A DNA stretch of 63,273 nt, filler included, from Salisapilia sapeloensis CBS 127946 (Eukaryota; Protista; Oomycota): assembly GCA_023334545.1 (NCBI GenBank). It is 7 parts of 7 records of this genome, joined end to end, with 100 filler letters (N's around TTAATTAATTAA, not from the genome) between each part and the next. Parts side by side here need not be neighbours in the genome. Positions count along the whole stretch, not along the records: positions 40,850 to 57,549 come from JAADVB010000351.1; positions 57,650 to 61,226 come from JAADVB010000739.1; positions 61,327 to 63,273 come from JAADVB010000999.1; 4 more parts are not named here. The stretch is one strand, 5' to 3'. Numbering within the stretch: position 1 is the stretch's first letter; each line of letters opens with the position of its first letter. The notes under the pieces are model-generated. The model saw only the letters and a program-made list of their open reading frames with translations. It searched no databases and was not told the DNA's origin. A program made the position numbers and the translations under genes. Of this stretch, positions 56,216 to 63,273 are shown in pieces.

Positions 56216-57549
56216 CTATTTCTTACGTACTACCATCGCTACCGCCACAGCTGTCGCGACAGCAGCACCTACGAGCGCATAGTCCGATGCAGCTTGCTTC
56301 AGACGATCTACCACTGACATCTCACTCCTAATCGTCCCACGAATGAACGACGCGACTGCCTCCGTGCTATTCTCCAGCACAACCGATCGAGTCGGCAGAG
56401 CTTCCAACGCCTTGAGGATCGGATGCTGCGTCAAGTCCGATTCATCCACTTCGAGTGCATTCGACACGGTCGGTAGGAACTTGCCGTAGTGGGCCGTACC
56501 AACGACCACGACGGCTGACTTGTCCTTGTTCTTGAGGTAGGACGCTGCGTATCTCTCTGCTGCAGCCGTGCCGATGGCACTGTGTGGATCGAACAAGTAG
56601 TTGTGACTCGCATTCCACTTCTTCATGGTCGCACAGACGTCCGGCGTCAAGACCGAGTAACTAGACATTTGGTGCTGTGCCATCTGGAGCATACTGCCAG
56701 AGATCGTCAGCTTTCCTGTAGCTTCAAACGCCTGCATCCATCCAGATAGTGTCGCCGGGTCTTCACCACATAGGACGAAGAGGAAACGCTCAAAGTTACT
56801 CGATACACAAATGTCCATAGATGGAGATAAAGTGTGTTGAATGTCGCGACGATGGTACTCTCCCGATGTGAAGAATCGGTGGAGAATGTCATTCTCATTC
56901 GTGGCGACAATCAACTTTTCAATCGGAACACCAAGTCGTTGGGCGTAGAACCCAGCAAGGATGTCGCCAAAGTTACCAGTCGGAACGGAGAACGAGACGT
57001 TATCAATACCCATTTCCTTTGCACGCAAGTATGCATGGACGTAGTACACGATCTGAGCCAAGATACGCGCCCAATTGATCGAGTTCACGGCACCAAGCTT
57101 GTACTTTTCCTTGAACGCAGGATCGGAAAAGAGGTTCTTGACGATCAATTGGCAGTCGTCGAATGTGCCTTGGACAGCGACGTTGTGGATGTTTTCATCC
57201 AACACAGTCGTCATCTGACGCTCCTGGATCTGACTCACTCTACCGTGAGGATACAGGATGAACGCGTCAACGTTTTCTTTTCCTCGGAGACCATAGATCG
57301 CGGAGCTACCAGTGTCTCCGGATGTCGCACCAACGACCGTGATGCGATGCGTCGGCTCAGAAGCTTTCTTGTTCGCATTTCGACGCTGTAGGAAGAATTC
57401 AAACAGGTTGCCTAGGAATTGTAACGCAATGTCTTTGAAAGCAAACGTCGGGCCGTGGAATAACTCGAGAACAAGCATCTGATCCGACAACTTCGTCACC
57501 GGTGCCGTCGCAGGAGAACGGAAAGTAGTGGCATTATAACTACGGTCTA
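56216..57549 (-). CDS. thrC: Threonine synthase (PLP-dependent); 5' end lost in the gap
   Basis: LELFHGPTFAFKDIALQ (PLP lysine), GATSGDTG, AVNSINWARI, VPTGNFGD, SPSMDI.VSSNFER, DPHSA. The frame is open up to the gap. Confidence 0.93.
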
Positions 57550-57649
57550 NNNNNNNNNNNNNNNNNNNNNNNNNNNNNNNNNNNNNNNNNNNNTTAATTA
57601 ATTAANNNNNNNNNNNNNNNNNNNNNNNNNNNNNNNNNNNNNNNNNNNN
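57550..57649. other. Assembly spacer
   Basis: 44 N + TTAATTAATTAA + 44 N. Confidence 0.97.
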
Positions 57650-57712
57650 CAACTTGTTCTGGTTTCATATATACCTCGGATTCACCAGGACGAACTTTGT
57701 GTCAGTGACAGC

Positions 57713-58978
57713 TTAGTGGCTCTCCGTGGCGTGCTCCTTCTGGTTGTCCTCCGCCTTGCTGCCGCTCGTCCACTGCGTCACCTTGTCCATCATCTTGCTG
57801 ATCGTCGACTCCTGGTTCTGGCCGTCCTCTTCCTTCTGGTTGTCCTCCTTTTCCTTTTCCTTTTCCTTCAGCTCTTTTTCCTTTTCTTTCTCCTTTTCCT
57901 TTTCCTTCTTCTCCTTCTCCTTCTTGTCCTCCTTGTCCTCCTTCGAGTGCATCTTTTCCTTCACCTTGTCCATCTTCGACTCGCCCTCTCCTTCCTCGTC
58001 GCTCGAAGAAGAGCTGGAGGATGACGAAGACGAATTGGAATTAGAACGCTGCATGCGGTGCTTCAGCGCGTGCGCCTTCTTGCGGAGCATGCCGCCCGTG
58101 TCCTCCGCGTGCTGACGAAGGTTGCCTGGCGGCGGGTCCTCGCCCTCAAAGTCGGCACCAGCGTCCATCATGGCACGAAGGATCGCGTCCTGCGTGGCGC
58201 GATCCTCGCCGTCCATCAAGTGCTCTTCACCACCGTCCTTGGTGTCCACCAGCAAGATGCCGTGCTCAAACTTCTTGTCATCGCGAGACACCTTGGCACC
58301 CTTGCCGCTCATCTCGGCAGCAGGACTGTGCGCAATATCCGACGTGAACAGCCAGATACGGTCGGCCTTCTTGTCCACCACCAAGTACTGCTTCTTGCCG
58401 TGGTTCGACGTCAGCTTCGCCATGAAACCCTCGTGCACCTTCACCTGTTTGGCGAACGACGCATTGTTCAGCGCCGTCCACACGTTCACAGGCGCATCCT
58501 CCGGCAGGAGACGCTTGTCCACCGGCACGAGGAGCTCCACTTCCATCACGGTCGGCGAGATCGGGTCCGCCATCTTGCTCTCCTTGGATGGAGCCAACAC
58601 ACCCAACAGCACCACCGCCTGGGCTACTTCCTTGGCATATCGGCGTGACACCGAGTCTTCCACGTCACCCGTCTTGCCCTCCGACGTCGCGCCTTCTTCG
58701 TGCTGCTCCGAGGCGGCCACCTGGCCTTCCTGCTGCACGTGGGCAGTGTTCTGCGGCGTGCCATGCTCGCCGTGCCAGGTCTCGACGGCCTTCACGAGCT
58801 CGCTGCCGCGCACGCCCGTGGTCTTCTTCACCAGCATCTTGTGGTGCGTCGTCATGATCTTGTCCGAGTTCGACAAGAAGTAGTCGGCAAAGCTGCGCGC
58901 GTCCTGCTGGACGTTGACCGAGAGCTCGTCGAAGCGCATGCGGCGTTCGATGACGGTTCCCTCAAACTGTTTCACCAT
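57713..58978 (-). CDS. DEP-like/PH-like protein with a Ser-rich and Lys/Glu-rich, dehydrin-like C-terminal tail
   Basis: 421-aa intronless ORF with strong G/C third positions. GVRGSELV is DEP-like; VHEGFMAKL..GKKQYLVVD...IWLF is PH-like. Tail: RSNSNSSSSSSSSSSSDEEGEGESKMDKVKEKMH plus a KE repeat. Domain calls are tentative. Confidence 0.75.
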   Translation of the reverse strand: MVKQFEGTVIERRMRFDELSVNVQQDARSFADYFLSNSDKIMTTHHKMLVKKTTGVRGSELVKAVETWHGEHGTPQNTAHVQQEGQVAASEQHEEGATSEGKTGDVEDSVSRRYAKEVAQAVVLLGVLAPSKESKMADPISPTVMEVELLVPVDKRLLPEDAPVNVWTALNNASFAKQVKVHEGFMAKLTSNHGKKQYLVVDKKADRIWLFTSDIAHSPAAEMSGKGAKVSRDDKKFEHGILLVDTKDGGEEHLMDGEDRATQDAILRAMMDAGADFEGEDPPPGNLRQHAEDTGGMLRKKAHALKHRMQRSNSNSSSSSSSSSSSDEEGEGESKMDKVKEKMHSKEDKEDKKEKEKKEKEKEKEKEKELKEKEKEKEDNQKEEDGQNQESTISKMMDKVTQWTSGSKAEDNQKEHATESH

Positions 58979-59028
58979 GCTCGTTCTTGTCTCTTGTCTC
59001 TCTCTGTGTTGCTTGCGTTCTTCGTAGC

Positions 59029-59042
59029 AAATTGCGGAATGA
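59029..59042 (-). promoter_or_regulatory. Oomycete INR+FPR core promoter
   Basis: Minus-strand TCATTCCGCAATTT is an exact match, 50 nt upstream of ATG 58978. Confidence 0.75.
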
Positions 59043-59755
59043 AAGGAAACCTGACTTTGGATTCCTTCAAGTTCGCATGCGGTCGATTAAAGCGAGACAG
59101 CCATGGATCCATGACTCGTCTCTTTTTTCTGGCGCGCAAAAATTTGGATCGGAACGTCGTTGGAAGGAGAAAATGATTCATGGGCATAGCTCGGCATATT
59201 CGAGGCGTACGCTCGGTGGTGGAGTGGGTGCGTGGGAAGAAGCGACTTGGCCGTCGGAACGACTGCGGCAACGGATCTTTGCGGTCAGGGAATGGGGCCA
59301 AGTGGCTGAATGCGGATAGGTATCGTCTCAGACGGTGCACCTTACAAGATTGACTTGGGCGGCCACGTCCATGCACTTCAGGTTTGATCGCCGGTAGTCT
59401 CGCGACTTGGTGGATAGGTGGACTGGAGCGCCCGCGCATGATTTCTTGAAGCGATCTTGCCGACATTCCTACTGTTAGTAGGTACGCTTGACCAATGAAT
59501 GTGAGCCAGGCTCACGTTCCGACGTCGCTTGCATGCCAAGTTACCGCCGACGTCCTCTCGAACATCGAGCAGCAGACACTCGGTTCTCCCGACGATTGAA
59601 AGTCAGCTCACACGAGACGATAGATGGATTCAATGCCGATGATGACTCATGCCAAATTTGGAAGCCCATGATTATTGCACCAAAGTAGAGTATCTACAGA
59701 ATTCGTCTGCACAGCTGGTCCTGGCGTCGCAGCCTCCGACGATCGCTCGTACACT

Positions 59756-59769
59756 TCATTTCTCCATTT
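59756..59769 (+). promoter_or_regulatory. Oomycete INR+FPR core promoter
   Basis: TCATTTCTCCATTT is an exact match, just upstream of ATG 59786. Confidence 0.72.
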
Positions 59770-59785
59770 TCCATCGAAAGAAACC

Positions 59786-60112
59786 ATGGACGGAGCCTTT
59801 GCGAACGTGCGGAAAACGGCCAAAGAAAAAGCACAGCGCGTGCAGGCCAAAGTCGCGCCCAACACGGTGGGCAAGAACAGCACCGCCAAGCTGTCGAACG
59901 GCGAGCGAGTTAAGGCGAAGATGGCGGAGCTGCGCGAAAAGGTCCAGCCGTCCGCCAAAGAGAACCCTCCGTCCTCTCTGCAGGCTAAGCGCAAGGCGGA
60001 GGAAGCGGAGAGGGGTGCTGCCAAGGATCTCGAGCGGGAGGGCAAGTTGAAACGGTCGGGCTCGAGCAGCAGCAGCAGCGGCCGAATTGGGTCATCTTCC
60101 GACGAAGAGTAG
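59786..60112 (+). CDS. Small basic hydrophilin-like protein (108 aa) ending in an S-segment-like motif
   Basis: ATG 59786 follows an INR+FPR element. K/A/E-rich, no Cys or Trp; ends KLKRSGSSSSSSGRIGSSSDEE*. Confidence 0.68.
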   Translation: MDGAFANVRKTAKEKAQRVQAKVAPNTVGKNSTAKLSNGERVKAKMAELREKVQPSAKENPPSSLQAKRKAEEAERGAAKDLEREGKLKRSGSSSSSSGRIGSSSDEE

Positions 60113-60579
60113 TTGAGAAGTAGTGTGCTTGCCGACTTTAGGTTGAAGAATACAATTTCTATTATATGAATAAATCATGGTGCGTTCTGCTTTGGTGTCC
60201 ACGATCTGTCTAACACGCATCCGAGCGTACTTTGTCTCGAGTACCATTACTGAAGACTATCCAGCAGAACTGGAAACTACATCGACATGGTGAGCACCCG
60301 CTGTCCAACGCAATACCTTCCGATGTCCAACGCTTCTAGCATCGTGCATTGCCAACAGCACAGATAAGAAAAAGGAGGCGTTTCGCATATCGAAAAAACC
60401 CCGCGAACAGCTTCCTCACCCAACTTCCACCTGGAAATGGCTACATTTTCCAACTTCAAATCAAACTATCCGAAAATTCAGGAGATAAATTTCGTTTCAA
60501 GCAGGCCAGTGCGACGGGATCCGAGACAAGTGTAGGCTCAAATGGCTGCAGAGTTGCGGACTGCGGTGCCTGAGCTACT

Positions 60580-60593
60580 CCATTTCCGAATTT
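60580..60593 (+). promoter_or_regulatory. Oomycete INR+FPR core promoter
   Basis: CCATTTCCGAATTT is an exact match, 42 nt upstream of ATG 60636, followed by an AC-rich leader. Confidence 0.75.
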
Positions 60594-60635
60594 GCCAAGC
60601 AACGAAACAACCAACAACCAACAACCAGCATATCG

Positions 60636-60998
60636 ATGCCGATCGCCGCCAAAGCCAAGCTCGAGGCCGCCAAGGTCAAGCACGCCCTCACGCCGGGCCA
60701 CCACACCGCTCCTGCCCACGGACACCACACCACTGCCGCACACCATAGTCCTGGTCACCACGGACACGGTATCGGCCACGGCCACGGCCACACTTCGCCG
60801 ACCCACGGTATGCACGCCAAGCCATCCATGACGGACAGAATGAAGGCCGCAGTGACACCGGGGCACAAGAAGAAACCAGCAACGACGGGCGAGAAAGTGG
60901 AGGCGAAAGCCAAGGGCTTTAAGCACATGGTAGACCCAACGACCCACACCCATGAGGAGAAGCCCAAACACAAACACAAGCATAAGCACCACATCTAG
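60636..60998 (+). CDS. Small His-rich hydrophilin/dehydrin-like protein (120 aa)
   Basis: 25 His counted in 120 aa; Gly/Lys/Thr-rich, no Cys or Trp. INR+FPR upstream; GC-rich third positions. Confidence 0.75.
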   Translation: MPIAAKAKLEAAKVKHALTPGHHTAPAHGHHTTAAHHSPGHHGHGIGHGHGHTSPTHGMHAKPSMTDRMKAAVTPGHKKKPATTGEKVEAKAKGFKHMVDPTTHTHEEKPKHKHKHKHHI

Positions 60999-61226
60999 AG
61001 TGTTTCTCTCTGACGTGAAGTCCCTGCGCCAGCGGTGCCATGCTTCCATTTATCTAGCTATATTATTCTTTCAATAAAAGGCTTTACAAAAATTTTCTTT
61101 CGATCGTTTTGTTATCTTGATTATGCATACGAGAGGAGATACCTGACGCTGGGTATGTAGGCGAGTGTATTGGACGAGTCAGTGGAGAGTGTGTTGGAGT
61201 AGAGGCGAGATTGGATAGTATGCCTA

Positions 61227-61326
61227 NNNNNNNNNNNNNNNNNNNNNNNNNNNNNNNNNNNNNNNNNNNNTTAATTAATTAANNNNNNNNNNNNNNNNNN
61301 NNNNNNNNNNNNNNNNNNNNNNNNNN
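61227..61326. other. Assembly spacer
   Basis: 44 N + TTAATTAATTAA + 44 N. Confidence 0.97.
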
Positions 61327-62593
61327 CGCGAGCTTTTCTATCGGCTGATCCCAATCGCCTTCGAGATGGGAAGCTCGGCCATCCTAACGGAAGCATGTAT
61401 GTATCATGCGCTAGCTACGAACCGTGTGGACCTTTACAATCCTGGACCATCAAGAGAGCATTGACCCCACAGCCATAGTGCTATAAGGGCGAAGTGGCGT
61501 CATTAAAGCACTCTAGCAACCCAGAAGACATTAATCATCTTTAAAGAGATAATAGCCTACAGCTGCTAAGCGAAATTTTTTTAAAGATTGGAATATAAGG
61601 TCGTGTCCGTTCAGCCGATTATCGGGTATCATGAAAACAAACACGCAAAACCTAGAGTAGAAATCAATGCCTGAGTCTTTGGCAGTTCGCCCTAGGCTTA
61701 CGTCGCTATCCACCTTTCTATTTCTATTCATTTATATCGCCCGTTCCTCTGTCATGCTTTAGCGGCGCACAGTGTCGTGTGTATCGTGGTGGGTCGTCGG
61801 AAGTCCAAGTTGAAGTTGAATTCGATTTACTTGCGTTATTGAGCCTTTCGCCATTTCAGTGGGACGAAGTACAATGCGCTTCACAAATTTTACTCAACTA
61901 TTTAATCCATCACTGTATTTTGCCTGTTCCGAAATAAAAACGAACAGCTCACTAGCGCAAGTAAAGCGAAGAGCTCTCCGAGTCCTTCGCGCGCTTTTTC
62001 AAATTTGCACACTCTGAGCATGAGGCGTGACTGGAAATCTTCTCGAAGATCTTCTCTTCATGATCTCTGTAAAGATGAAGACAAAGATGTATAAAAAATA
62101 AGTAAGGGCATATTCGTCGACAGGACGATCGGGGATGATGCGAGGCAAATATGCGATATGAGAATGAGCACGTGCGAAGTGTGGTCGGTATTATGCCTTT
62201 TGAATCGGCCTGCTTGAAATGCACGCAAAATGTAAATGGTGTCAAAGGCTAAATCGATTCAGACCCAATTCGCTCCAAGAACGTCATTTATATGTTGCAA
62301 CTTTCACATAACTCATGCTACAACAAGCATGGCAATGGAAACCTCACTTATAACAGAGTATGAAGCGGCGTGTCCATTGGCACCACCGATCACTTACCTT
62401 TGTACTCCTCGTTTGGCAAGAACGTTATATTATAGTGCTACGTTGGGTTACCAATGGCAAGTAGCAAACAAGATCGGCAATTCTCAACGATCGCAGCGTG
62501 TGTCGATTCGATTATCATGTATAGACTGACGATACGCGAATCCCCGATTTCTTTGAACATTAATTTGGTGCGACCATGGCCTAATTCACGCAT

Positions 62594-63001
62594 TTATTCC
62601 TTTCTCTGGAGAGAAGTAGATGAAACTGTATTCTTGAATAGACGTGTTGTCAATACTCGGGTACATGCAGAAACGCCTTTGAACGACGCTTTCGAGGCAG
62701 ATGCTTTATGTACATGCAGGGCGGTGATCGGGCAACCGCAAAATAGCTCGATTTCATATACGCGCTGAAGACAGAATCCCAGATCGTCCTGGCTTTCGCA
62801 TTCGATGAGTGCTAAAACGAGTATCTGCGAGGACGGAGGTATTGCTGGGTTGGTCATCACTGTCGAATTTGTAGTTGAATGGAGTCCAATACAAAAAGTA
62901 GAACCCTTTAGCGCGTCTTCGCGCTGCATGCGCGATATGCACGCCACCATATACGAGGTCCTGACCGTCCAACACGACCTCCACCGAGACAAAGCGGACA
63001 T
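62594..63001 (-). mobile_element. Degenerate MULE (Mutator-like) transposase fragment
   Basis: IGLHST...ILVLALIECESQDDLGFCLQ...PITALHVHKASASKASFKGV...TRLFKN parallels the MULE core (LDGT...LAFAL+E.E....W.L...+.D...A+..VF...HL..N). The catalytic Asp positions are not retained. No TIRs identified. Confidence 0.4.
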
Positions 63002-63273
63002 TGCAAGACTGATCTCAAGTCGTCAACAAGTAGATAGCGTAAGAGAGCTCTTGTATATTTCTCTTCAGGTGTTAGAAGCATTGTAGATGTACTCGCTTGC
63101 TCATCAATCTACTCGTGAGCATCCAGATTCCATCCTCTGGCCTTTCGCTTTCTAGCTTGACGTGTGTTCCTACAAACTTCAAGTGGAGATACTTGAAAGG
63201 ACGGATAGATCTTCCAGCGAGCTCTCATGAGGCAAGGAATGACATGTAGAGTCTCTGGATCATCCCATTAGAC

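Noticed and set aside
57716-59176. Long plus-strand ORFs (58058..58648, 58122..58883) opposite the DEP/PH gene
   Set aside because: GC-rich codon bias suppresses stops on the antisense strand; they have no recognisable motifs or promoter.
57713-60998. Plant-host contamination as the source of the dehydrin-like motifs
   Set aside because: All three genes have exact oomycete INR+FPR promoters, and none has a full canonical plant K-segment. Not fully excluded without read data.
1-63273. tRNA, rRNA or U12-type (AT-AC) introns
   Set aside because: No cloverleaf or rRNA-like sequence recognised by eye, and all modelled introns are GT-AG. A tRNAscan/Infernal run would be needed to be certain.

Overview
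Eukaryotic nuclear DNA, most likely from a flagellated oomycete. The evidence is oomycete INR+FPR core promoters, oomycete-typical gene families, short GT-AG introns and a BBSome gene; I cannot determine the genus. The window is 7 contigs joined by six identical 100-bp spacers (44 N + TTAATTAATTAA + 44 N), so adjacency across gaps is not guaranteed. I support about 32 coding genes or gene fragments, several multi-exon and modelled by hand. Housekeeping genes include BBS9, glutaredoxin, two saccharopine-dehydrogenase-like paralogs, PreP, CCDC124, a Nup153-like nucleoporin, CLEC16A, SGF29, a Rab GTPase and threonine synthase. A gene-sparse stretch at about 22.7-36 kb holds secreted or surface proteins and a trypsin pseudogene. 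Two decayed CAP/SCP genes lie at the left end and a MULE-like remnant at the right end. No rRNA, tRNA or CRISPR is supported. The most interesting signal is a three-gene cluster at 57.7-61.0 kb. All three genes are intronless and GC-rich, have a perfect INR+FPR promoter, and carry plant-dehydrin-like S-segment, K-segment-like or His-rich motifs. All homology calls come from motif recognition by eye; no searches were run.
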